Shown here one piece after another: positions 54,155 through 64,000 of a stretch of DNA of 64,000 bases; the first letter of the stretch is position 1; each line of letters starts with the position of its first letter. This DNA comes from Methylovirgula sp. GTDB lineage: Bacteria; Pseudomonadota; Alphaproteobacteria; Rhizobiales; Beijerinckiaceae. The translations under genes were made by a program, and so were the position numbers. The notes beneath the pieces are model-generated. The model was not told where the DNA came from. It searched no databases and saw nothing but the letters and a program-made list of their open reading frames with translations. The stretch spans positions 2,488 through 66,487 of the forward strand of contig JBKQRA010000144.1 of assembly GCA_052144065.1 (NCBI GenBank). The letters run 5' to 3'.

Positions 54155-55828
54155 TCACTCAGCGGGCGACAGGGCAGGGGTGGGCGCGATCGGCCGCTCT
54201 TCCGGCACGTCGGCTGCATCGGGCGACACCATCGTCATGACAAGGTTGTAGGCCATGATGATCGCGCCAATCAGGAACATGCCACCGCCAAGCGCGCGGA
54301 CGATGTAGAGCGGATGCACGGCCTCGACGGTTTCCACGAAGGAATATTCGAGGAAGCCGAGGCTCGTGTAGGCGCGCCACATCAAGCCTTCCATGATGCC
54401 CGCGACCCACATCGCCGAAATGTAGAAGACGATGCCGATGGTCGAGATCCAGAAGTGCCAGTTGACGAGCTTCAGTGAGTAGAGACCCTTGCGGTTCCAC
54501 AGCCACGGCACGAGGCAGTAGAGCGCGCCGAAGGAGACATAGCCGACCCAGCCGAGGCTGCCCGAATGGACATGGCCGATGCCCCAATCAGTGTAATGGC
54601 TGAGCGAGTTCACCGTCTTGATCGACATGAGCGGACCTTCAAAGGTCGACATGCCGTAAAAGGCGACAGAGACGATCAGCATGCGCAGCACCGGATCGGT
54701 CCGCAGCTTGTCCCAGGCGCCCGAGAGCGTCATGAGGCCGTTGATCATGCCGCCCCATGAGGGCATCCACAGCATGACGGAGAAGGTCATGCCGAGCGTC
54801 TGCGCCCAGTCGGGCAGCGCGGTATAGTGGAGGTGATGCGGGCCGGCCCAGATGTAAAGGAAGATCAGCGCCCAGAAATGCACGATCGAGAGTCGATAGG
54901 AATAGATCGGCCGGTCTGCCCGCTTCGGGATGAAATAATACATGATGGCGAGGAAGCCGGCGGTCAGGAAGAAGCCGACCGCGTTATGGCCATACCACCA
55001 CTGGATCATCGCATCCTGGACGCCGGACCACAGCACATAGGATTTCGACGAGAAGAGCGAGACGGGGATCGCGGCATTATTGCCGAGCACCAGCACGGCG
55101 ATGGTCACGATGAAGGCGAGGTAGAACCAGTTCGCCACATAGATATGCGGCTCGCTGCGCTTCATGAGCGTGCCGAGGAAGATCAGGAGATAGGTGACCC
55201 AAACGGCGACGAGCAGCAGATCGGCATACCATTCCGGCTCGGCATATTCCTTCGAATGGGTGATGCCGAGGAGATAGCCGGTACCGGCGATGACGATGAA
55301 GAAATTGTAGCCGAGGATGACGAACCAGGGCGCGAGATCACCTGCGAGGCGGGCGCGGCAGGTGCGTTGCACCACATAGAGCGAGGTCGCGAGCAGCACA
55401 TTGCCGCCGAAGGCGAAGATCACCGCAGAGGTATGCAGCGGACGCAGTCGGCCGAAGGAAATCCACGGCAGATTGAAGTTGAGCAGCGGAAAGGCCATCT
55501 CGAGGGCGACATAAAGCCCGACAGAGAAGCCGGCGATGCCCCAGAAGATTGCCGCAGCGGTCCCGAATTTAACGGGCCCGAAATTGTAGTTCGGCTTGCC
55601 GTCGATCGTCTGCGGCGGCCGCTCGGCCGGGCGCGCATAGAAGCGATTGACGATGGCGAAGCAGCCGGCCGCCGAAGCCACGGCGAAAAGCAGGGCGTGA
55701 AACCCATAAGCCGGCTCATAAGCTTTGCCGGCAACAAAGAGCGCAAAAAGCGCGAAGCAGAAAAGGCCGGCCGCGAAGATCATTTCGCTCGGCCAAAGGG
55801 TTTTAATTTGCGGCTGGGCTTGCGCCAT
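54155..55828 (-). CDS. ccoN: cbb3 oxidase subunit I
   Basis: [42 protein letters not shown]. Confidence 0.98.
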   Translation of the reverse strand: MAQAQPQIKTLWPSEMIFAAGLFCFALFALFVAGKAYEPAYGFHALLFAVASAAGCFAIVNRFYARPAERPPQTIDGKPNYNFGPVKFGTAAAIFWGIAGFSVGLYVALEMAFPLLNFNLPWISFGRLRPLHTSAVIFAFGGNVLLATSLYVVQRTCRARLAGDLAPWFVILGYNFFIVIAGTGYLLGITHSKEYAEPEWYADLLLVAVWVTYLLIFLGTLMKRSEPHIYVANWFYLAFIVTIAVLVLGNNAAIPVSLFSSKSYVLWSGVQDAMIQWWYGHNAVGFFLTAGFLAIMYYFIPKRADRPIYSYRLSIVHFWALIFLYIWAGPHHLHYTALPDWAQTLGMTFSVMLWMPSWGGMINGLMTLSGAWDKLRTDPVLRMLIVSVAFYGMSTFEGPLMSIKTVNSLSHYTDWGIGHVHSGSLGWVGYVSFGALYCLVPWLWNRKGLYSLKLVNWHFWISTIGIVFYISAMWVAGIMEGLMWRAYTSLGFLEYSFVETVEAVHPLYIVRALGGGMFLIGAIIMAYNLVMTMVSPDAADVPEERPIAPTPALSPAE

Positions 55829-55867
55829 TGGAAAGCCTCTTTGTGGCGATCATCCGCGATCGGCAGG

Positions 55868-55897
55868 GACTTGGACTGCAAAGACTTGGACAGCAAA
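55868..55897. repeat. 15-bp direct repeat in the ccoN leader
   Basis: GACTTGGACTGCAAA GACTTGGACAGCAAA (14/15 identical). Confidence 0.75.
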
Positions 55898-55951
55898 GAA
55901 TCGACCTTTGCGGTTCACCCGCATCATTCGACGACTGCCGCATTTCAGGCG

Positions 55952-55965
55952 TTGATTTGAATCAA
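55952..55965. promoter_or_regulatory. Perfect FNR/FixK box upstream of ccoN
   Basis: TTGAT-TTGA-ATCAA. Confidence 0.92.
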
Positions 55966-56117
55966 CCATCCAAGATGTGTAAATCGCTGCAGGGCGCGAA
56001 ATCTTGTCTCAGCCAATCCGCCGCATGCGGCATGATGCCGAGCGAGATCGATGACCGCACAAAGCACAGCGCGGAAGCGGATGCTTCGGTAAAGAACGGT
56101 TGAATCGGGAGGATAGG

Positions 56118-57026
56118 ATGCGAATTGGAATCGATCTCGGCGGTACCAAGATCGAGGCCGTCGCATTGATGCCGGACGGATCGGAGCATGCGCGGCGGCG
56201 GCGGCCGACGCCGCAGGGCGATTATCGCGGCATCATGCAGGCGGTCCGCGATCTCATCGCCGAAATCGAAAGCGCGACGGGCTTGCAAGGCATGATCGGC
56301 ATTGCAACGCCGGGCTCTCTGTCACCGCACACCGGGCTGATGCGCAATTCGAACAGCACTGTACTGAACGGCATGCCCTTCAATGCCGATCTTGCGGCCT
56401 TTCTTTGCCGTGAGGTGCGCATCGCCAATGACGCCAATTGCTTCGCGCTCTCGGAAGCGGTCGACGGCGCCGCGGCCGAAGCCGCGACCGTGTTCGGCGT
56501 CATCCTCGGTACTGGGGTCGGCGGTGGCCTCGTCGTTGAGCGCAAACTGCTCAACGGCCACAACGGCATCGGCGGCGAATGGGGCCATAATCCCATTCCC
56601 TTCGAAATCGATCCGGCGACGCCGCCGCGGCCTTGCTTCTGCGGCCGCAACAATTGCATCGAAACCTTTTTGTCGGGTGGGGCGCTCGCCAAGGATCATC
56701 AGCAGCGGACCGGCAAAGTATTGAGTGCCGAAGCAATCGCTGACGCCGCAACGAAGGGCGATGCCGCAGCACAGCAAACGCTTGCGCTTTATGGCGATCG
56801 GCTGGCGCGGGCGCTGGCGGTTGTGATGAACATCTTCGATCCGGATGCCATCGTGCTCGGCGGCGGCGTGTCGAATGTGCTGCAGCTTTATGAGATGCTG
56901 CCGCCGCTGCTCAATCGCTATGCCTTCGCCGATAAGGTGACGACGCCGGTTCTGCGCGCGCTCCACGGCGATTCGAGCGGCGTGCGCGGCGCGGCCTGGT
57001 TGTGGCCGCAAGAAGAAAGCGATTGA
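56118..57026 (+). CDS. mak: ROK family sugar kinase (fructokinase-like)
   Basis: IGIDLGGTKIE, GIATPG, IANDANCFALSEA, GTGVGGG, GEWGHNP, CFCG..CIE, VLGGG.SN, HGDSSGVRGAAWL. Confidence 0.9.
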   Translation: MRIGIDLGGTKIEAVALMPDGSEHARRRRPTPQGDYRGIMQAVRDLIAEIESATGLQGMIGIATPGSLSPHTGLMRNSNSTVLNGMPFNADLAAFLCREVRIANDANCFALSEAVDGAAAEAATVFGVILGTGVGGGLVVERKLLNGHNGIGGEWGHNPIPFEIDPATPPRPCFCGRNNCIETFLSGGALAKDHQQRTGKVLSAEAIADAATKGDAAAQQTLALYGDRLARALAVVMNIFDPDAIVLGGGVSNVLQLYEMLPPLLNRYAFADKVTTPVLRALHGDSSGVRGAAWLWPQEESD

Positions 57027-57039
57027 TCAGCTACGTAAT

Positions 57040-57438
57040 TCAAGCTGAATCTACGGCTTTCTTTATCGCCTCGAAATTGAAAGAAAGTGCCCAAGTAGCG
57101 CCGTTGTTTAAAAGTGCCTTTGGGCTCTCGTTGGCCTTTTCTATCTTAACGCCTATGAGCTTTTTCTTCAGAGTGGCAGCGGTTTCAACCTCCCAGTTGA
57201 TCCATTCGCTTTTTGCGCTTTCCTTACCAACAACGCAGAGTAGGTGCGTAGCCTTGCTAATCAGTGGCTTGATCTTACTCTTGATGTAAGTGGCATCTTC
57301 GCTGTTGATCGCTTTCTTTAGAGAACCATTGTAGAGTTCGAAATCAAAGTCGTTGTTTTTGTCCCATGCCAACAGAAGATTTTTATAGTGTGCATCATTA
57401 TCAAAATCGAAACTGATAAAGATAGTTTTCTTGGCCAT
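57040..57438 (-). CDS. Stand-alone ThsB-like TIR-domain protein (DUF1863)
   Basis: IFISFDFDND...YIKSKIKPLISKATHLLCVVGKESAKSEWINWEV...KKLIGV; GGAG RBS before ATG 57438; sampled lines ~37-43% GC. Confidence 0.85.
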   Translation of the reverse strand: MAKKTIFISFDFDNDAHYKNLLLAWDKNNDFDFELYNGSLKKAINSEDATYIKSKIKPLISKATHLLCVVGKESAKSEWINWEVETAATLKKKLIGVKIEKANESPKALLNNGATWALSFNFEAIKKAVDSA

Positions 57439-57543
57439 TTTGGCGTCTCCCGTTTTTTGCCAAAGCAATTTTTGCAATTTCGGTATTCGAAAAATGCCCA
57501 CTCAACTGAATACTTAAGCCGGACAACACTGATCCACAGATAA

Positions 57544-58431
57544 TCATCCAAATGTCGTGGCCGCTTCGCGCAGCGCCGCATCATATTCGGCCCGCACCAG
57601 ATCGGCGCCATAGATACGTTCTAGGCGGCGGACCGTAAAATGTCCGCGTGCCAGCGTCTGGAAATGATCGATGAAGGCGTAATTGATCGCCGCGCCGCCG
57701 GCGGCGCCGATGATCGGTACGGCCTGCGCCGCGATTTTCTGCGAGACGACGAGACCGAAGCGCGTCGCGATCTGCGACACCACGCGCAAGATCACCGGCG
57801 CGGTTTCCTCGACGACACCGCGCTCCACGACGAAGCGCGCCGCTTCTGTGACGGATTGCGCCAAGACGGCGCGAACGGCGAAATAGCCGCTTTCGGTCAG
57901 CCCTGAAGGCTCGACGATGTTATCCGGGTTGCCGAGCCTTTGCTCCGTGTCCTGGCCACCGAGCGCAAAGACCTGCAGGCAGGCAAAGGCGGTCTCGGGA
58001 TCGGTCAGATCCTCTCCTTCCGCCCCGGCGATCGCGGCGATGGAGCGCAGCATCAGAAGTGTGGATAGCGGTAATTCGATCGGCAGGCTCGCAAGACCGA
58101 AAGCGCCGCCGGCGGCGCCCGACAAGGTCGCTGCTGCCTTGTGCCAGAGCCGGCGGTCCTGCCGCGCTTGCGTCTTCAGGCTGCGCATGGCGGCGGCAAG
58201 CCCCAGCGCAATCGCCCGTTCGGCGGCCTTATCGACGATTTCGGTGAAATTCGCCGGCAGCAGCTTGCCGAACCGGCTCAATTGCTGGCCCAGCACCTGC
58301 GACAGCCTTGTCGCGAGGCTGCGGTGTTCGAGATAGCCGACGGCGCGCCGCAGCAGGACGCGGTCAGCCTCCGCCATGACGCCGGGCGGCATCGCTTCGA
58401 CGTGATCCGTCATGACCGGGAAAAGGCTCAT
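57544..58431 (-). CDS. EcsC family protein
   Basis: SGAAGGAFGLASLPIELPLSTLLMLRSIAAIA..EGEDL, QAVPIIGAAGGAAINYAFIDHFQ..ARGHF.VRRLER.YG. Confidence 0.9.
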   Translation of the reverse strand: MSLFPVMTDHVEAMPPGVMAEADRVLLRRAVGYLEHRSLATRLSQVLGQQLSRFGKLLPANFTEIVDKAAERAIALGLAAAMRSLKTQARQDRRLWHKAAATLSGAAGGAFGLASLPIELPLSTLLMLRSIAAIAGAEGEDLTDPETAFACLQVFALGGQDTEQRLGNPDNIVEPSGLTESGYFAVRAVLAQSVTEAARFVVERGVVEETAPVILRVVSQIATRFGLVVSQKIAAQAVPIIGAAGGAAINYAFIDHFQTLARGHFTVRRLERIYGADLVRAEYDAALREAATTFG

Positions 58432-58604
58432 CTTGCGCTCCGCAGCTGGTGGACCGGCGACTCTCATCCATGCCGGTCGCGTAAGGCGCGAGCGTGGCAC
58501 GGCGAAATCCTGCCAGTTCGGGGCCTCAGCCGCAATGAAAGCGCGAAATCCCCGGCAAAGTTCCCGCTTTCCGGAAATTGCGCGCGGCTGGCGCGGCCAT
58601 GCCC

Positions 58605-59171
58605 TCAGATATAGGCCACCGCGGCGCCGATGGTTCCGGCGATGCCGAGCGCGATGGCGCTGTACCAGGGCCAGCGCGCCCCACGCAGGATGACGGAGAG
58701 TGTCGCGATGGCGATCGCTACATGAACCAGGGTCACCGACATCGTCAGGACATGATGGCGATGCTCGTGCTTTTCGCTTTCGCCGAGTTTGGCCTCGGTC
58801 TGTTTCTCAAGCGATTCACCTTTCTCCTGCAGCTCTTTTTCATCGGCGCCATAGCGCTTCGCGTTGGCCTTGAAGTCTTCGACCGGGCCGGTCCCGACGG
58901 CGGCAGCGATCTGATAGGAATTCTTCTTGATGCTTTTCGCCTGGAAGAAATTCCACGTATCTGTCGCCTTGTTCTGCAACAGCACCGCATCGTTTTTGGC
59001 ATTGATGGTCGCGGCCGTCTCGATCGATTCGAGGCTGCCGATCGTCGCGGCGGCGACCGCGAGAATCGCGATGGTCATCGAGACCGTCGAGAGAAAGGAA
59101 TCGCCAGTGTGGGCGGCATGTTCGGCGTGTTCGAGATGCTCGAAATGTTCAGTCGGGGACTCTTCGGCCAT
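58605..59171 (-). CDS. DUF4337 family membrane protein
   Basis: VSMTIAILAVAAA, QNKATDTWNFFQAKSIK, HEHRHH, C-terminal TM pair; GGAG RBS before ATG 59171. Confidence 0.85.
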   Translation of the reverse strand: MAEESPTEHFEHLEHAEHAAHTGDSFLSTVSMTIAILAVAAATIGSLESIETAATINAKNDAVLLQNKATDTWNFFQAKSIKKNSYQIAAAVGTGPVEDFKANAKRYGADEKELQEKGESLEKQTEAKLGESEKHEHRHHVLTMSVTLVHVAIAIATLSVILRGARWPWYSAIALGIAGTIGAAVAYI

Positions 59172-59372
59172 GCAATCACTCCGAGTATTGGCGGTCGGCA
59201 AAGGTTGTCGGGCGCAATGACCTGCGTCCAAGAGGCCGGCAAACTGCCATCTAGAGCGCGACCGTGCAACCGCATTCCCCAACAGGAGTCGCCAGCGCAA
59301 TTCCCCAGATGGACAGCTTTGCCGTGCCGACCTATAAGCAGCGCCGCTGCCCAACAAGAGACAGGCCTCTCC

Positions 59373-60077
59373 ATGCCCGCTTCAAATCTCACCGAACCGG
59401 CGCCGGATTATGCGGCTCAGCGGCGCACCATGGTCGATTGTCAGATCCGCACCTTCGATGTTACCGATCATGCGGTGATCGCGCGCTTCCTCGACGTACC
59501 GCGCGAAGCATTTCTGCCGCCGGAGCTTGCGCCTTTCGCTTATTCGGACATGGCCTTGAAGCTGCCGATGGGTCAGGCCGGCTGGCATCTGCTGCCGCCG
59601 GCGATCTTGGCGCGTCTCATTCAAGCCGCCGGCATCAGGCCGACCGACAAGATCCTCGATGTCGGATCGGGCAACGGCTATTCGGCGGCGATCCTGGCCG
59701 GCCTCGCGCCCGATGTCGTGGCGCTCGAATCCGACGCTGCCCGCTGCGACGCCGTCAAAGCCAATCTGGCACGGGCCGATGTGACGACGGTCCGCGTTCT
59801 CAACGGTCCGCTCGCCGATGGCGCGGCGGCCGAAGCGCCCTTCGATGTCATCGTGATCGACGGCGGGGTCGAAGCGCAGCTCGATCGCCTGCTGCAACAG
59901 TTGCGCACGGGTGGCCGCCTGCTCACCATTGTCCGCAAAACCACCGCGCCGGGCTATGGAGCGAGCCACGCAGTTTGCTTCGAGAGCCAAGCCGGCCGCA
60001 TCAGCTCATCGATGCTGTTCGATGCGGACGCTGTGGTGCTGCCGGAATTCCACAAGGCGGCCGAGTTCGTCTTCTAA
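59373..60077 (+). CDS. pcm: Protein-L-isoaspartate O-methyltransferase
   Basis: RRTMVDCQIRTFDV, VPREAF, LDVGSGNGYSAA, APFDVIVIDG; true start lies inside the longer ORF 58578..60077. Confidence 0.92.
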   Translation: MPASNLTEPAPDYAAQRRTMVDCQIRTFDVTDHAVIARFLDVPREAFLPPELAPFAYSDMALKLPMGQAGWHLLPPAILARLIQAAGIRPTDKILDVGSGNGYSAAILAGLAPDVVALESDAARCDAVKANLARADVTTVRVLNGPLADGAAAEAPFDVIVIDGGVEAQLDRLLQQLRTGGRLLTIVRKTTAPGYGASHAVCFESQAGRISSSMLFDADAVVLPEFHKAAEFVF

Positions 60078-60560
60078 TCAGACGCAAATCGTCGATACAG
60101 TTCGGATAGATAGCGCGGCGATCCGTCCCGGCGCGCTCTGTCGAAAGTGCCGCACTGTCGCATTTTTGTGCCAACTCACGGAATTCTGAATCCCAATCGG
60201 CAGCGTGAGGGTTTGCGGGCGCCGGAGAAGAGTAATATGTCCGCTGATGAGACGGCCCCGCAGCGCTGGCGCTGCGTGCCGCGATCGTTTCAAGCAGTTG
60301 GTCTGCTTGAATTATCGGAATTCGCTGCAAGCCGATCACCAAAACAAGAAACGATCCGCGCCCAAGCGTGGAAGAATGGGACGAGACGGCAATGAGGCTG
60401 CAGGCCGGCGCTATCAGCCGGTTTTGCAGGACCGCTATTGCTGAGAACAGAGTTTTCGAGAGAGGCGCCGGAAGCAAATTCAAAACAGAATTTTCCGGAG
60501 CTGCATTGCCAGGACAATATTGCCAGGACTCGAACGGGGCGTGTTTTGGAGTTCAAACGG

Positions 60561-62033
60561 GTGGGCATAGGCGGGGCGTATAAAGGCATTGGCGCGCGGC
60601 AGCTGGCGTGCGCCAAAGGACCGAACATACGATCGTCCGTCAGACTATGGGCCTTGCTGGGAGTCGCTGCTTTGCTGCAGGGGACTCTTCCAGCCCGGGC
60701 CGAAACGATGTCGAGCGCTCTGGCGCTGGCCTATCGCGGCAATCCGGATCTCAACCAGCAACGTGCTGGTGTCCGCGCCATCGATGAGACGATCCCGCAG
60801 GCGACCTCCGCCTATCGGCCGACGGTCGGTCTGACTGGCCAATTCGGTGTCACACATTTCGTCGAGACAGGCGCAGGCGTCGGTAACTCAATTTTCACCG
60901 GCGGCAGCGGCAAGATAAGCGATTTGACCGATCCGGGCAGCCTGGCGCTCACCGTCACGCAGACGGTCTTCAACGGCAACCGCAATTACAATTCGGTTCG
61001 GCAGGCGGAAAGCAATGTCTTCGGCGCCCGCGAAAACCTCCGCAATGTCGAGGAGACCGTCCTGCAGAATGGCGCCATCGCCTATATGAATGTGCTGCGC
61101 GATACGGCGATCCTCGATCTCAACCGCAACAACATCATCGTCCTCGAGCAGCAGCTGCGGCAGACGCGCGACCGCTTCAATGTCGGTGAAGTCACCCGGA
61201 CCGATGTCGCGCAGGCCGAGTCGAGCTTGGCGTCCGCCCGCTCCTCCTATTTCACCGCGCAGTCCAATCTGCAGACGAGCGTCGCCACTTATCGGCAGGT
61301 CATCGGTGTGCAGCCGACCAAGCTGCAGCCGGCCCGCACGATCGAAGGGCTGTTGCCGCGGACCATGGCGGAAGCCGTGTCGATCGGTCTCGCCGAGCAT
61401 CCCACCGTCCAGGCGGCCCTGCACGCGGCCGATGCCGCGGCCCTTCAGGTGAAGATCGCCGAAGGCGCGCTCTATCCGACCGTGACCGTCAACGGCAGCG
61501 CCCAGCGCGACTGGAACTATGACGGCCTGCCCGGCATCAAAGTCTTCGACGGCGCCGTCTACGGCCAGGTAACGATCCCGCTCTATCAGGGTGGCACCGA
61601 ATATGCGCAGGTCCGGCAGGCAAAAGAAAGCTATACCCAGGCGCGCATCCAGGCCGACGTCCAGCGCGAAATCGTCCGCGCTAATGTGGTCACGGACTGG
61701 GGTCTGCTCGACGCCGCCAAGGCGGCGATCGCCTCGAATGAAGCCGCCGTCAAGGCGGCGGAGATCGCGCTCGAAGGCGTGCGCGAGGAAGCCCGCGTCG
61801 GGCAGCGCACCACGCTCGACGTCTTGAACGCGCAGCAGACGCTGCTGAACGCACGCGTCAGCCTTGTCTCCGCCCAGCGCGACCGCGTCGTCGCGTCCTA
61901 TGTCGTGATGGCGGCGATCGGCCGGCTCGTCGCGGCCACTCTTCACCTCGACGTCACAACCTATGATCCGACCGTGCATTTCGATCAGGTCAAGGACAAA
62001 TGGTTCGGCCTGCGTACGCCTGACGGCCAGTGA
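60561..62033 (+). CDS. tolC: TolC family outer membrane protein
   Basis: ALALAYRGNPDL, RFNVGEVTRTDVAQAE, YPTV, PLYQGG, EARVGQRTTLDVLNAQQ; GTG 60561 after GGAG preferred. Confidence 0.92.
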   Translation: MGIGGAYKGIGARQLACAKGPNIRSSVRLWALLGVAALLQGTLPARAETMSSALALAYRGNPDLNQQRAGVRAIDETIPQATSAYRPTVGLTGQFGVTHFVETGAGVGNSIFTGGSGKISDLTDPGSLALTVTQTVFNGNRNYNSVRQAESNVFGARENLRNVEETVLQNGAIAYMNVLRDTAILDLNRNNIIVLEQQLRQTRDRFNVGEVTRTDVAQAESSLASARSSYFTAQSNLQTSVATYRQVIGVQPTKLQPARTIEGLLPRTMAEAVSIGLAEHPTVQAALHAADAAALQVKIAEGALYPTVTVNGSAQRDWNYDGLPGIKVFDGAVYGQVTIPLYQGGTEYAQVRQAKESYTQARIQADVQREIVRANVVTDWGLLDAAKAAIASNEAAVKAAEIALEGVREEARVGQRTTLDVLNAQQTLLNARVSLVSAQRDRVVASYVVMAAIGRLVAATLHLDVTTYDPTVHFDQVKDKWFGLRTPDGQ

Positions 62034-62225
62034 GCTCTGCACCGCGGCTGAGGCCGCGGCGCATCGCCTTGCGCGAACATTGCGACGCTTTTGCAAAAGC
62101 TTGCGAATTGCCCTTGCCGGTGATGGAGGGCTGGGACTAACCTTGCACGTCGCAGCGTCTGCGCACGCGACGGCGGGAGTTTCGTTCGCCTCAAGCTGTT
62201 ATTTGCATGCGAAAGCGTGAAAACC

Positions 62226-63026
62226 ATGAATGCGCCGAACCATCCCATTGCCGCCGATAGACGCAACGCTGATCGCAAATCCTATGAACCCTCGATGGAG
62301 GAGATTCTCGCCTCCATCCGCCGGATCATCGCGGATGATCAGGCTTTCGCCCAGACTCCTATCGCCGCCCAGGCGCCTGCCACCGCGCCAATGGCAGCAC
62401 CAATTGCAGCCCCTGCGCCAATGGCCCCAAAGCCAATGGTTCCAAAGCCTATGGCCCAAGCGCCCGTCGCAGCGCCGGAGCCGGTAAGGGCGCCAGCAGT
62501 CGTCGCTGAGGCCGCTGTTCCGCGGCCGCTGCCGAGCGTCCGGCCAGTCTCGCCGAACGATCGTCTGCTTGGCGACAGCCGCTTAGCACCGCCGCCGCTC
62601 GCGCCGTCCACGCCCTTTTCGGTCGATGCCCAGTTCCATGGCTATAAGACCGCGACCTTGCCGCCGCTCGGGCCTGAAGTGGCCGAGCCGGTCGCCGAAT
62701 CACCTGCGGAGTCTGCGCCAGTCCCGGCTGCAAGAGCCGAAATCCCCCCCGCACCCTTCGCCGAGGCCGTTTTCGAACCGGAAAGCTATGTGCCGGACGA
62801 GCGCGCCGAGCTGCCGCTTGTGTCCCCGCACACGGATGCCGCGGTCTCCTCGGCCTTCAGCGCGCTGATCGCCAGCCAGCATCTGCCCTCCGACGAAGCG
62901 CTCAGGGACATGGCCCGCGAGATGCTGCGGCCCATGTTGAAGGCCTGGCTCGACGACAATCTGCCGGTGCTGGTGGAGCGTCTGGTCCGCGCCGAAATCG
63001 AGCGCGTCGCCCGCGGCGGCCGCTAA
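62226..63026 (+). CDS. popZ: Pole-organizing protein PopZ (DUF2497)
   Basis: EPSMEEILASIRRII, Pro/acidic linker, LRPMLKAWLDDNLPVLVERLVRAEIERV. Confidence 0.95.
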   Translation: MNAPNHPIAADRRNADRKSYEPSMEEILASIRRIIADDQAFAQTPIAAQAPATAPMAAPIAAPAPMAPKPMVPKPMAQAPVAAPEPVRAPAVVAEAAVPRPLPSVRPVSPNDRLLGDSRLAPPPLAPSTPFSVDAQFHGYKTATLPPLGPEVAEPVAESPAESAPVPAARAEIPPAPFAEAVFEPESYVPDERAELPLVSPHTDAAVSSAFSALIASQHLPSDEALRDMAREMLRPMLKAWLDDNLPVLVERLVRAEIERVARGGR

Positions 63027-63175
63027 GCCAAGGTCGCTAACCCAGGCCGCTAAGCCCTCCCAGTCGCAAGCGCCGCACGCAGGCGCGTTGACTTCCGCTG
63101 TCGCATTCGCTTCTTAAGCGCCAATCTCCGGCGGGCGCCGAGCGCTACGCTTTTCATTTTCAAACCGGCTTCGTG

Positions 63176-64000
63176 ATGGACAAGACTTTCGATCCCGCCA
63201 GCGTGGAAGGGCGGATTTCCGCATTGTGGGAAGAGGCGGGCGCCTTTCGCGCGGGGCGCCCCGAACGGGCGGGGGCCGAGCCCTTCACCATCGTGATCCC
63301 GCCGCCGAATGTCACCGGCTCGCTGCATATGGGCCACGCGCTCAACAACACGCTGCAGGATATTCTCTGCCGCTTCGAGCGCATGCGCGGCAAGGATGTG
63401 CTTTGGCAGCCCGGCACCGATCACGCCGGCATCGCGACGCAAATGGTCGTCGAGCGGCGCTTAATGGAGCGCCAAGCGCCGGGCCGGCGCGAACTTGGAC
63501 GCGAAAAGTTTCTTGAAGAGATCTGGCGCTGGAAAGAAGAATCCGGCGGCGCCATCGTCAACCAGCTGAAGCGGCTGGGCGCTTCCTGCGACTGGTCGCG
63601 CGAGCGCTTTACGATGGACGAGGGTCTGTCGCGCGCGGTCGTGAAGGTCTTCGTGCAGCTCTACAAGGAAGGGCTGATCTATAAGGACAAGCGCCTCGTC
63701 AATTGGGACCCGAAGCTTCTAACCGCGATCTCCGATCTCGAGGTCGTGCAGGTCGAGGTGAAGGGCCATCTGTGGCACTTCAAATATCCGATCGTCGACG
63801 ATAACGGCCAAGAGACCGGCGAATTCATCATCGTCGCGACGACGCGGCCCGAGACCATGCTCGGCGATACCGCCGTTGCCGTGCATCCCGACGATGAGCG
63901 CTATAAGGATCTCGTCGGCAAGCGCGTGCGCCTGCCGCTCGTCGGCCGGCTGATCCCGATCGTCGCCGATGAATACTCAGATCCCGAAAAGGGAACGGGC
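63176..64000 (+). CDS. valS: Valine--tRNA ligase (3' truncated by window)
   Basis: MDKTFDP...[55 protein letters not shown]; not in the ORF track because it has no stop in the window. Confidence 0.97.
   Translation, partial: MDKTFDPASVEGRISALWEEAGAFRAGRPERAGAEPFTIVIPPPNVTGSLHMGHALNNTLQDILCRFERMRGKDVLWQPGTDHAGIATQMVVERRLMERQAPGRRELGREKFLEEIWRWKEESGGAIVNQLKRLGASCDWSRERFTMDEGLSRAVVKVFVQLYKEGLIYKDKRLVNWDPKLLTAISDLEVVQVEVKGHLWHFKYPIVDDNGQETGEFIIVATTRPETMLGDTAVAVHPDDERYKDLVGKRVRLPLVGRLIPIVADEYSDPEKGTG

Noticed and set aside
58578-59372. Apparent 265-aa N-terminal extension of pcm (499-aa ORF)
   Set aside because: It is antisense to the DUF4337 gene; the Pcm-like sequence begins at ATG 59373.
62385-62470. 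Quasi-repeats CCAATGG...CCAAAG in popZ
   Set aside because: They encode the ordinary Pro-rich disordered linker (APMAPKPMVPKPM) of PopZ.
63021-63057. Three CGCTAA(G/C)CC copies after the popZ stop
   Set aside because: Short, irregularly spaced (14 and 13 nt) and include the stop codon; most likely local slippage with no supportable function.
1-64000. CRISPR array, tRNA/rRNA, integrase or transposase
   Set aside because: No regularly spaced repeat-spacer pattern, cloverleaf or recombinase/transposase motif was recognised by eye; the only long periodicity is the in-frame 144-bp TPR repeat.

Overview
GC-rich (~62%) alphaproteobacterial DNA, Hyphomicrobiales/Rhizobiales-type judging by the pcm-tolC-popZ-valS synteny and the fixNOQP-fixGHIS operon. 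The window has two parts. (1) 1 to ~27 kb is an accessory island, truncated on the left, densely packed with immunity/signalling domains. It holds an RCK-RyR-SLOG-like membrane protein, a DUF4071/ASK-like hydrolase-TPR protein, a sigma factor with a duplicated region 2 plus its membrane anti-sigma, and a TIR-nSTAND1-TM-TPR receptor. It also holds a TPR-Ser/Thr kinase, two tandem FHA-TM-trypsin proteases, a triple-TIR protein coupled to a second TM nSTAND1 ending in a Cys-less rhodanese, YbjN, a SLOG-2xSLATT effector, an ARPP-1-like protein and several small secreted proteins. No integrase, transposase, tRNA or CRISPR array was seen. (2) ~27 to 64 kb is mostly microoxic, metal and housekeeping genes: a DUF47 protein with a truncated PPDK-like kinase, a piuABC-like iron-uptake locus, an aldo/keto reductase broken by an amber codon, hsp20, a PRTase, mop and an RND pump with AraC. 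Further along are the cbb3 oxidase operon ending in a CcoA/CalT-type copper MFS, a ROK kinase, a low-GC orphan ThsB-like TIR gene, EcsC, DUF4337, pcm, tolC, popZ and the 5' part of valS. Domain calls come from motifs recognised by eye, not from database searches.
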